Positions 26,283-37,740 of a stretch of DNA of 64,000 bases are shown in pieces. Below the pieces are notes generated by a model that worked only from the letters and a program-made list of their open reading frames with translations, did no database searches and was not told the DNA's origin. Source of the stretch: Chiloscyllium plagiosum (Eukaryota); contig NC_057718.1 in NCBI RefSeq assembly GCF_004010195.1, forward strand, positions 59,507,622 to 59,571,621. The letters run 5' to 3'. The translations under genes and the position numbers were made by a program. The first letter of the stretch is position 1. The number at the start of each line of letters is the position of its first letter.

Positions 26283-28496
26283 TTGTCAGAAGACATTAGC
26301 CCACTCTCTCCCAAAGGGCTATTGAGATTAGGCCACTTGAAAATTTCACAGCTATAAGTGATAGTTTATCGTTTGCATCTAGTTGAACAGATCTAGAGAT
26401 AAGGCAGTTGGATGGTGTTAAGATAAGATCTGCCATGATCTAAACGAGTGGCGGAGAAGGTTTGAAAAGCTGAATGACCCACTGTTGTTTTTATGGAAAG
26501 GTGGGAGGTAAAATGGGAGGAGATTAGCGGGGAAGCATACAGAAATGCTGGCGATGTAGAATCCGATCTGAATTTAACGTCCAGGTCTCATTTTCACTTC
26601 CTTTCTTCATTTCCTGCTCAGCAGCTACCCGTGTTGATAACTTGGCTGGATGCTGTGTATGAAAATTGATGGCAAAAGATCATAACTGAGTGTCATGAAG
26701 AATGGTGCCCGACAGTTAGGAGAGACAGACTGTGGGTGGTGGTGTTGAGGCAAAAGGAGAAAGATTAACATCAATCTTTTGTACTCAATCCACAGTTCTC
26801 TGCTGCATATTGAGACTTACGTTCCTGCATTATAAGGTTCCATCTTCAATTATCTTCTGTCTGTTGTTATGTTTTGCTGTTGACAAATAAGATCACTTGG
26901 TGATTTAGGTATAAGACTCTGTTACCAACATGGCATAGAAATCAGCATACATTCTCTGGAAATGGGTTTGAAGAAATTCCAAGCCGTAGGAAAGTATCAG
27001 GCAATTAAACTACAGCCATGGGAATTTTGTATGACAAGTAAAAACCCCTCACTTATATTACTTACCCATAATCCTGAGCAGGAACAGGATATTATGACAA
27101 TTGAGGTAGACTTAATAAGTGAACAAGGGATGCAGGACCAAAGGTTTAACTAACAGATGAGAAATATTCACAGTAATTAAAGAGAAGATTCATAATAGTA
27201 GGATGGAAGGAATTACTTGATCTCTGGGATTTAGTCTCTCCTTTAAGAAGTGATTAGTGACCCATTACGTTTTGGTGCTTAACTTTATTTACTGAGTATC
27301 AGAAATTTGCAGGCATGGACTATATAATGCAGAGGTGGGAGGTTAAAATGTAGTCCTTTCACCTTTGGGATTTGGAAATGGGATGAAAGTCTTTTCTTTT
27401 TGACAGCTGTTAAAGGTACTAAAGGAAATTAGTTTGGTCAGTCTCCATAGAATTCCCACTGGACAAAGGCCCTATGTGCAAAACCCTCCCCTCAGCAATT
27501 TATATTTCCTAATTAGCACAAGATCACACAATGCACAGTATAATGGAGAAATCTTATTTCCAACTGCTACTTAGGCTGGAGAATATGTCAACATTTTATT
27601 CAAAATGGCAAATCACATTGGCATCAAAAGGGTTAAAAGAACACGTGTATCGAGTTTTAAGCAGCATATATACATTTAAATGAATTAGAATTGTACAGCA
27701 TGATATCTGTTTGTGATGGGAAATTATAATTTCAAAATAGCTGAGGGAATATTCTGCCTCATATTGTCCAAATTAGTCCATTTAAAGCAATTAAGCCTAA
27801 ACTGTCCTAACAGACTGTAATCATTGTACCTCAGTAAAGCAGCGGATGAGACACGTGTAAAATATTACCTGAGTGGGAAGCTGTGTGCTGGAGTGGACTG
27901 TACTGTCTCCAGGAATGATATCACAAGGGAAAAGCAGAGGTCAAGTGGCAAATATGCAGAACTTGTTTCACTGCACTGAAGTAATAGAAGATTTATTACT
28001 TGCAGAATATTCAGATATTCTAACTCCTGGCAAAGCTCTGCACTTGGCTTTTGGTTAAATTTGAAAGGAGACACAGGAAATGGCAATTATAAATGTGTAT
28101 GATTTGTGCTTTAGGACTGTAACAATGGCAACCTTTGTTATTTTGCAAAGCATTTGATATGAAGGAGAATCACAGCATTACACCTTCAGCTGCTAGCTCT
28201 AATCCCACAGCAATTAAATTACCAACACATTGCGGTTATTCACCAGATCACTCTCCACCCCCAAACCACCTCTCTCCCAACACACACAGCAACTTACTGG
28301 AGGGTACCTTAGAGAAAACCAGCAAAGTTTAATAAGAAATGTACCTTTAACACAGGAGTGTAATTAAACAAATATTACAGAGCAAATTCCTAGCCTAAGA
28401 ATTGTAGGAAATTTTAGACAGATTTTTTGATATTAGGCAATTTATATCAGCATATTTATTAAAGATAAATGACTTTTGGTAACAGAATATGTACAT

Positions 28497-28720
28497 ATCA
28501 AGATGGCACCGATACAGGGCGACTCTGCCAGCTCTCTACAGCAGATCTTATTCTCACATTTCTTTCAATCGTTCTGCACTTTTAAACCTTAATTATTCCT
28601 CACTGTGTTCAATCACCCTATGATCTTGGTATGTTATGATCTGCTTGTACTGCATGCAAATCAAAACTTTTCACTGTACTTAGGTACATGTGACAAAAAT
28701 AAATCAAATCAATCAAATTA
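28497..28720 (+). mobile_element. Short non-autonomous retroelement
   Basis: Starts caagatggc and ends cttttcactgtacttaggtacatgtgacaaaaataaa(tcaaa)n. Confidence 0.6.
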
Positions 28721-28894
28721 AATTTTGAGAGAAAATATTAAGCAGCTGAATCACATTCTTCTTACTTCACAAAGTCCTTGCTGGTCCCATGCTTACTCTA
28801 ACCCATGTATCTGACTGACACCATGGTCTTTGTTCTTCTTTCTTTCTCAGACTAAAACTAACTACCTCTGAATGGCTTCTCTAACTCCAGACAC

Positions 28895-29421
28895 TTGCAT
28901 GCAATTCTGGTCTCCTTCCTATGGGAAAGATGTTGTGAAACTTGAAAGGGTTCAGATAGACTTACAAGGATGTTGCCAAGGTTGGAGGGTTTGAGCTACA
29001 GGGAGCTGTTTTCCCTGGAGTGCCAGAGGCTGAGGTGTGACCTTATAGAGGTTTACTAAATCATAAGGGGCATGGATAGGATAAATAGACAAAGTCTTTT
29101 TCCTGGGGTGGGGGAGTCCAGAACCACAGGGCATAGGTTTAAGGTGAGAGGGGAAAGATATAAAAGAGACCTAAGGGGCAACTTTTCCACACAGAGGGTG
29201 GTGCATGTGTGAAATGAGCTGCCAGAGGAAGTGTTGGAGGCTAGTACAATTGCAACATTCAAAAGGCATTTGGATGGGTATAGGTATAGGAAGGGTTTGG
29301 AGGGATATGGGTCAAGTGCTGGCAAGTGGGACTAAATTAGGTTGGTATATCTGGTTGGCATGGACTAGTTGGACTGAAGGATCTGTTTCTGTGCTGTACA
29401 TCTCTATGACTCTATGACTCT
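28895..29421 (+). mobile_element. CR1 3' fragment
   Basis: QFWSP..ERVQ..MLP motifs and a (CTCTATGA)n tail. Confidence 0.92.
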
Positions 29422-29682
29422 ACCTTTTGGACTCCATAGCCATACCGAGTGTATCTCTCATTTTGATGTAATACACCTTTATGAAAATCCTTATCTGCAA
29501 TGTTTCCTTCTTCTGCCCTATTCCATATTCTTCAGCTCTTTCTAATCCTCTCCCTCTAGGTCTTACCGTAATTACTTCATTCATGAAACCCATTACCTGC
29601 ACACTGGGACAGTTTCTAAAACAGGTTCTGAAATTCAGCCTCTGCCTCCAGAGATGTGAGTATATCCTTTAGGTTGTGGTAG

Positions 29683-29775
29683 CTTTTGAAGAAGAACAGG
29701 GAGTTCTGCTAGTGTCATAACTAGTATTCATTCCTCATCCAACACTGTTAAAAACAGACTGTTTGGTCATTGTAT
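29683..29775 (+). mobile_element. Probable DeuSINE Deu-domain remnant
   Basis: ttttgaagaagaacagggagttct...attcattcctcatccaacac...aaaacagactgtttggtcatt resembles the Deu core as I recall it; not aligned to a consensus. Confidence 0.5.
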
Positions 29776-30264
29776 ATCGTAAGAGGACATTCTGAGGTTG
29801 TAATAGAGTCTGTATAACTGCCATTTTTCCTTTATTCAAAATTCCCATCTTCTAAAATTATTCTGAGTCAAACTAAAACAATCATTATTACCATCTTTCT
29901 AAAAAGTAGACTCAAAAGGTCAGCCTGTCTTTTCTCTTGAAGGACTTTGAATGCATTCTTTCCACCTTTCTTTTTTATACTTCCTTTTCATAAGCGCTCC
30001 TTCTATCCTTCCAATTCTGCTTTACATTTACTTACAGCATCATGATTAAAATCATTTTAAAAATGTATGATTGTAACTTCATTTTATTGGGTTTCTCACC
30101 GACTAGCTAATATCCGTTTTTACAAGACGTCAATCATTGCTCATTACAATCGATACACTGGCTGCCTATCCAGGAGTCAGTCCTGATTGATGTAAGCTTT
30201 TGTTATGGCTCAGCATCTATAGGACACAGCCAATTTCTTTAGGCTTCACCATGGCTAATTTATG

Positions 30265-30363
30265 AGGTAAAAACAATGACTGTAGATGCTGGAAACCAGA
30301 TTCTGGATTAGTGGTGCTGGAAGAGCACAGCAGTTCAGGCAGCATCCAAGGAGCAGCGAAATC
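30265..30363 (-). mobile_element. 99-bp PLE pLTR fragment
   Basis: Close reverse complement of 37210-37308. Its 5' end is the base right after the HHR cleavage triplet. Confidence 0.85.
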
Positions 30364-30559
30364 TGTTAATCATAGCCTGTCTCTAGCTGCATTCCTAAGT
30401 TAAATTGAGTTGTGTGAATTCACAGAATTTTGATCAATTCTGAAATGAGATTTAATGTTTACATTTAATTTATTGTCACTAGTTCCTTTCTTGCTCCTGT
30501 GGAACATTTTCCAAATGCATCCTCATCTGCTCTGAAGTCTTCTAATGTAAGAGTAATAA

Positions 30560-31088
30560 AAAGATGGGGTACTGGGCTAACGGTCGGATACTTAGTAGTG
30601 TGGATGAGCAGAGGGATCTTGGTGTCCATGTACACAAATCTTTGAAAGTTGCCACCCAGGTAAATAGTGCGGTGAAGAAGGCATATGCCGTACTGGCTTT
30701 TATTGGTAGAGGAATGGAGTCCCGGAGTACTGAGGTCATCTTGCAGTTGTATAAGACTCTGGTGCAGCCGCATCTGGAGTATTGTGTGCAGTTTTGGTCG
30801 CCATACTATAGGAAGGATGTGGAGGCACTGGAACGGGTGCAGAGGAGGTTTACCAGGATGATGCCTGGTATGGTAGGTTCTTTACTCAGCGAGTCGTGAG
30901 TTCATGGAATGCCCTGCCAGTAGCAGTGGTGGACTCTCCCTCATTATGGGCATTTAAGCGGGCATTGGATAGGCATATGGAGGATAGTGGGCTAGTGCAG
31001 GTTAGGTGGGCTTGGATCGGCGCAACATCGAGGGCCGAAGGGCCTGTACTGTGCTGTATTCTTCTATGTTCTATGTTCTATGTTCTAA
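30560..31088 (+). mobile_element. CR1 3' fragment with internal deletion
   Basis: ORF 30564-30899 (LYKTLVQPHLEYCVQFWSP) and a (TGTTCTA)n tail. About 210 bp is missing relative to 8150-8360. Confidence 0.92.
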
Positions 31089-31371
31089 TGTGACTAACAA
31101 AACAAAGTTAGACAAGACTGGCATATGCTAAATCTACCTTTCTTTGAAGAGTTTCAAGAAGAACAGTATAATGTTGTTCCAACAGAGGGAACTCAAGCTA
31201 CAGATGATGAATAGTCTATTGGGACATTTAATGACAATAAACTTATAAATGTTGTGAATGATTCAAAGCATTGTCTCAACATGCCCATCATGGTAATATC
31301 TAATGCTGCGATAAGAATTAGACAATTGATCAAACTAACAAGTGAAAATATCCGACTCTTGAATGGGGTAA

Positions 31372-31765
31372 ACTTGATTGGATCTATGTTTAGCTGTGTT
31401 TCTTAGTGACTTTAAAACAAAGCATCTTCCAAGAATGCCTAACTTGAAGAAGTTCTCTTCCTCTATCTATAAGGATCCCAGTGAGTCTCTTTCTCACTGC
31501 ACCCCCCAGGTCATCTCCTCTGCCCTGAAGCGCTTCAGCCACGTCCTGAAGCAATCTTGCTACCACAACCACATCTCCTTCCCCAGGGCCTGCCTACAGA
31601 ATCACTGATCCCGCATGGACTCCACATTACATTCAGACCAGCATAATTTGGACCTAAACAGAAAACACTGACTCCTGATGAAGGACTGCTGCCCGAAATG
31701 TCGATTCTTTTGCTGCTCAGATGTTTCCTGACCTGCTGTGCTTTTCCAGAACCACGCTCTTGGCT
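31372..31765 (+). mobile_element. PLE ORF N-terminus joined to a pLTR piece with a degenerate hammerhead
   Basis: MPNLKKFSSSIYKDPSESLSHCTPQVISSAL..HISFPRACLQNH..IPHGL is homologous to 54141-54230. CTGATGA..GCCCGAAA at 31675-31698. Confidence 0.75.
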
Positions 31766-34700
31766 TTAATAGTCATCAATCTCAATATAACTGAAAGGAA
31801 GCAGCTGATCAGTCATTCTCAAATTGGGCCTTATTGATAGGTCATGTGTAAATGGTCAATGCCATGTACTGATTGAAGTTAAAGAAACCTGACTGTCTCC
31901 AGAAAGTATCAATGACTCTAATTTGGCTGCAGAGAGACATCTATTCCTCTTGAATGGAACTTAATGCTCTCTTCGTTCAAAGTGAGTTTGGAAGTGGTGA
32001 GGGTCATGTGATTAAGCGGGAGGGTGAGGTGTGGAGATCCCTCCTTACTCCTGCTAATCATGTCCAGAGCTGGAAGGCCAGCAGATGACCTTCCACCAGA
32101 GGTCAACTGAACTCTTAGGTGGCCACCTAAAGGCCTGATCACTGCCATCACTGGTATTTAGCCAATGGTGAGCAGGGTGTTTGCTAGAAGGGTTAGCCAG
32201 CAGAGGTTGTTAGGTTTAGCATCCATTGACTGATGCTAGGGATGAAAGGGACATCATACTGGGACACCTCATACATCTGACCCTCCTTAATGACTTACTA
32301 ATGTCCTGCAGACCCCATCTTATGGAGCTGGAGTCTGAGTCTGTTGGGATTTTGAAGATGTCCTTTCTTACCATGACACATATTAATTAAGTTTAATAGA
32401 GTTTTCTTGTGTTCATTCACAAGAGTGTAAATTTCACCTTTACTACATTCTATATGGGGATCCATTGGTAAGCCATATGGTGCAGCCACATTAGTACTAA
32501 TATTGTAGTGTGAGCATTGAACAACAACTGGCCTTTGGTGAGAAAATCTCAGAAGTGTGATATCCACATTACTGTAGCTTTAATTTGATGGGAGGCCCAA
32601 TAATATCCTGTTAAGTACCTAATTATATCATAATAGCATCAAGTCTCTCAGGAAATAAACAAGAGCTTCCACTAATTCACCAAATGTTGGCCCTAGTCTC
32701 AAGGTATAAATCATCCTCCAACCCAATGGTGATAATCGCTCATCTCCATGCTCTAGGGGCTTATTGGCCATCTAAAATGCACTAAAACAAATGAAGCAGA
32801 GGGCAAAGAGGAGCAAAGCACGCAGAAAATTCAATTGCTGGGGTATTGAAGATTAGGGTACAGGGAGAGGGAGACACAAATGACAGTGAACAATTTTAAA
32901 CCTGCCAACAAATGAATATTAAGCTAACAAGGAGCCGGGAATACAGGTAATTGTTTCCTTGCAAGTGAATGTGGAATCTCTAGCTTAAGGTTGCATATGT
33001 TCAGTAGTTGCAATATGCAGTAGATGCTATTGGAATGAGCACTATGTCAGTTACTACATTTAAATCTGAAATGCAGCGAAAAGTGTTGTTAGGACATGGC
33101 ATGGTTAAAATCTTCTAGCTTTGAGTCTGTGTGATGTAACCTCATGACTCTATGGAAGTAGTTTTAGAGTGATGGGCTATTGCCAATAGAGATGTATTAG
33201 TTAATTTGAAAATAAATGTTATTAACTGTCAGCTGTCTTGTGTCAACTTCAATACTGCAGAGAATATGAGATTAATGCTTTCCTTGAGTCTTGTGGCCTT
33301 GAGTTTAATGATAGGTTGGTTAGTACTCAGCGCGTAGATGCATTCTTCTACCTCTGCTTCTGTGAGAGACCAAATATCTTGTATGTCAACAAAATATGGG
33401 TGTTATTACTATGAGACTACATTACTGAATAAATAAGCTAGTAAGAAAGCAAAATTAGTGATCAAAAATCAGAAAGTAGCCCTTGAGAAAATCTCATGAG
33501 GACCCTTGAGGAGAGGAAAATATACTTTAATCCTTGCTTCCAATTCCGAAGGCAGTGGAAAGCATGTGACATGCCAGGGTTGGGAAAGGAGTAAAGCACT
33601 CAACTCATGATTGTTCTCCCTGGTTCTAAGCCCATCTATTGTCATGAAATTATGACCGTTGTGGTTCTATTCTGCCTGTGATTTTTATATTATTCTCAGT
33701 GATGCCAGATTTTTAAGGCCATTGTATGATTTTTACACTATGTTTTACTCTTTTTTTTTAACATTAAGACACCTTTTGGCAACAGAATCCAAAGTATTTT
33801 ATGATGCTGATGTGGTTTAGTTGAAGTTATCATGGTTTTCTGGTAGTTATCATATCGAAATACTAACTTGTTTGCCATGCCAATTTTCCCCTTTTAATTG
33901 CCAGAGGAAAAAAGCAATCATGCTTGTTAATAGTGGCCAATTGGTTGATTCTCAGTAAAAAAGCATATCTTTATTTAATTTACAAAATTGCCATGGTAAT
34001 AAATTATTATGTGGAACTGCAGGTAATTACATGTTCATATAAATTGTAAATATCAGTATTGTATTCCCTTACCAATAAAAGTATATTATCTTCCAAGAAA
34101 ACAAAAAGTCACTAGGATTGAGCAGAAATGTTACTCAAGATAGACATGAATGCAAAATACTACTTATTTTAAATCTTCACTAAAATTGATAGCAATATAT
34201 AGGAAAACTCAACTTGCTTTTATTGAACAAGAATTTGAATTGCTTGCTATCACCTCTAATCTTCAAATTCTTCTCCTCACTCATCAATTTGACTGATTTT
34301 GTTTGGCTGGAACAGCTGTACCATTCATAATTAAATATTATAAGAGTCATGTGTGTGGGGAAACAAAGGGACCACAAATTGCTAAAAACTTACTTTCTGT
34401 TTCTTGATAAAATTGATTTTGCTGGACCTTTAAAATAGCTGCCACATATCAACTGAATTGCAAAATGGCCAGATTTCTACAAGTTTTCAACAACACATTG
34501 AAAAAGGACAAGGCTAGAATAACCCTTGTGGAATCTCTCACCTGTTATTGTGTGGCTATACTCAAAATCATTGAAACAAAGAGAGCTCAGACCATTGGGT
34601 CAGGGTCTTAAAGGGTCCTGAACTGCATGCTCGAAGGTGAGATCTGTGGCAAAATCACATTTTAAGACTCAGTGAAGCCTACCTTGACATCAAGATCAAT

Positions 34701-34957
34701 TCACTGCATCTTTTGAATATGTCCCAGGCATGGAGGCAAGGTTCTCTCTAGACAGGAGTGACTTGTCCATTCACTGAGATAACATTTATTAATAACATTA
34801 TTAACTGTACATCTCATCTCATTAAAATACAACTGTCTATCCTTCCACTCATTGTGTGCAAACTAGATGCTGAGAATTCATGACATAGAAATCACAGTGG
34901 GTATCTGGCAACTTCAGCACACCACTTGTTCCAAAGAACCTCCATGTTGTACACTAG

Positions 34958-35283
34958 ATTAGATTAGATTACATTACAGTGTGGAAACAGGCCCTTTGGC
35001 CCAACAAGTCCACACCGACCCGCCGAAGCGCAACCCACCCATACCCCTACCCCTACATTTACATTTACCCCTTACCTAACACTACAGGCAGTTTAGTATG
35101 GCCAATTCACCTAACCTGCACATCTTTGGACTGTGGGAGGAAACCAGAGCACCCGGAGGAAACCCACGCAGACATGGGGAGAACGTGCAAACTCCACACA
35201 GTCAGTCGCCTGAGGCGGGAATTGAACCCGGGTCTCTGGCGCTGTTAGGCAGCAGTGCTAACCACTGTGTCACCATGCCGCCC
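34958..35283 (-). mobile_element. Full-length, well-preserved HE1-type V-SINE
   Basis: A box, B box GGTTCAATTCCC, V-domain, (TAATC)n tail, and TSD acactag at 34951-34957 and 35284-35290. Confidence 0.95.
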
Positions 35284-35519
35284 ACACTAGGCACCTACAT
35301 CTCAGAGCTTGTTCCATGAGGGTTCCCACCAGGTGGCAAAGGTGTTACCTTTGATGCTGGTGGGGAAGGATCTCAAGTGAGTGAATAGCTGTGCAGTGTG
35401 CATGCAGGGTTAGTGCTGTCAAGGTTGTAGTGGTCAAAGAGAATGACATTGGCCTTGGTGCCAGGTGGATATGGAAGCAAAGATAGAATGAGTGAGCGAT
35501 ATTGGAAAGGCGATGGTGG

Positions 35520-35745
35520 TACTTTCATTGGTGGACTGGAGAAGGTCTTCCCACATTGCTGTGTATTCCTCCAGACATCGGAGACTGCAGATGGTAGACT
35601 CAGACCAGGTTGGCATGGCCTGGTGTTCTGGTCTCCACTTCCAGTTACGACGGTACTTGATGTCCCACCTCTGTACCACCATATCCTCCAGAACATCCAG
35701 ATCACTGCCTGCAAAGCAAAGTGTCAATTTCCCTTTGTCTGCCAT
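35520..35745 (-). pseudogene. Second decayed Harbinger-type Myb/SANT domain
   Basis: MADKGKLTLCFAGSDLDVLEDMVVQRWDI..RPEHQAMPTWSE, then a frameshift, then SAVSDVWRNTQQCGK..DLLQS. This fits the F..L..L...W..R...QC.K trihelix pattern. Confidence 0.65.
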
Positions 35746-36500
35746 ATCTGGGCAAATATCAGGAACTGTGCAGGGCAGCTCTGGACAGACAGTGCATGTC
35801 CCAGTGCACAGAGGACTTTTAAAGATGGCGCCAAGGATTCTGGTCCATTCCAGGATATCCCAGCAGTGGTGACTACTGGTAGAATGGGGATAGAATTGGG
35901 AAACAGGTGCACTATAGAGATGGGGTAGGTTTGATAATATATGGCAAGATATATTACTTGGATTTGTGGCAAGATATCCCATGAAACTTGACAAAACTAC
36001 CACTTAGCCAAAAAAATGTAAGATTCGGCCTCTGGTCTCCAAGCCTGGCTCAATCACAGATAGGACGGTCAGAATTCATTCTATTGATGCTTAAAGTAAT
36101 TACCCATCTCCTGAAGTTTGCACAATGGGTCTGGCTGAGTAACAGGGGTGAAAACTCCTTTGTTTGCATTAATCACTCACTAATAGCCACCCAGTATGTC
36201 CTGGATGGCCAGCGGAACATGATTAAATTCCTTTTCGATTTTGGAGAGCTTTTAATCACACATTCTTAAAACTTTCAATCAACCTGTCACCACCAGACAA
36301 GAAAGCTGCAGACTCCAATCTAACAGCTGCACCTGTCTGAAAGATAAAGCCTCAAAACCTGCTTCTGAAAGATCTTGAATGAACTGAAAACAAACTGATC
36401 TTCTGTCTAATCCTATTGCCAGGAATTGCTGACTCACCTTGCAGCATACTTTGGTTTTAAGATTCTGATCTGCGAAATTGCTTTTTTCTTTATTTTCCTT

Positions 36501-37740
36501 ATAGAACATAGAACATTACAGCGCAGTACAGGCCCTTTGGCCCTCAATGTTGCGCCAACCTGTCATACCAATCTGAAGCCCATCTAACCTACATTATTCC
36601 ATGTACATACATATGCTTGTCCAATGATGACTTAAATGTACTTAAAGTTGGCGAATCTGCTACCGTTGCAGGCAAAGCATTCCATACCCTTACTACTTTC
36701 TGAATAAAGAAACTACCTCTGACATCTGTCCTATATCTGTCACCCCTCAATTTAAAGCTATGCCCCCTCGTGCTCGCCGTCACCATACTTGGAAAAGGCT
36801 CTCCCTGTCCACCCTATCTAACCCTCTGATTATCTTAAATGTCTCTATTAAGTCACCTCTCAACGTTCTTCTCTCCAACGAAAACTGCCTCAAGACCCTC
36901 AGCCTTTCCTCATAAGACCTCCCCTCCATACCCCTCCATACCAGGCAACATCCTAGTAAATCTCCTCTGCACCCTTTTCAAAGCTTCCACATCCTTCTTA
37001 TAAATGCGGTGACCAGAACTGTACACAATACTCCAAGTGCGGCCACACCAGAGTTTTGCACAGCTGTAGTATAACCTCATGGTTCCGGAACTCGATCCCT
37101 CTATTAATAAAAGCTAAAACACTGTCTGCCTTCTTGACAACCCTTCAGGCAGCATCCAAGGAGCAGCTAAATCGACATTTCGGGCAAAAGCCCTTCATCA
37201 GGAAACGTTGATTTCGCTGCACCTTGAATGCTGCCTGAACCGCTGTGCTCTTCCAGCACCACTAGTCCAGAATCTGGTTTCCAGCATCTGCAGTCATTGT
37301 TTTTACCTTCTTAACAACCCTGTCAATCTGGCTGGCAACTTTCAAGGATCTGTGTACCTGGACACCGAGATCTCTCTGCTCATCTACACTACCACGAATC
37401 TTACCATTAGCCCAGTACTTTGCATTCCGGTTACTCTGAATCACTCACACTTGTCCGCATTAAATTCCATTTGCCACCTCTCGGTCCAGCTCTGCAGCTT
37501 ATCTATGTCTCTCTGTAACCTACAACATCCTTCGACATTGTCCACAACTCCACCGACCTTAGTGTCATCTACAAATTTACTAACCCACCCTTCTACGCCC
37601 TCATCCAGGTCGTTTATGAAAATGACGAACAGCAGTGGACCCAACACTGACCCTTGCGGTCACTAGTAACTGGACTCCAGGATGAACATTTCCTATCAAC
37701 CACCACCCTTTGTCTTCTTTCAGCAAGCCATTACTGATCC
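36501..37740 (-). mobile_element. CR1 3' part hosting a fold-back PLE
   Basis: [26 protein letters not shown] and a (TGTTCTA)n tail at 36501. Confidence 0.93.
37145..37305. mobile_element. 161-bp fold-back PLE pLTR insertion with hammerhead motif
   Basis: Inverted arm plus direct arm. TSD ccttctt(g/a)acaaccct at 37129-37144 and 37306-37321. HHR core on the minus strand at 37171-37204. Confidence 0.9.

Noticed and set aside
27864..27945. Possible minus-strand micro-exon ending CAG|GTAATA
   Set aside because: The acceptor is weak and the peptide is unrecognisable; such sites arise by chance.
35195..35283. tRNA gene
   Set aside because: The A/B boxes belong to a SINE head that continues into the V-domain; there is no complete cloverleaf.
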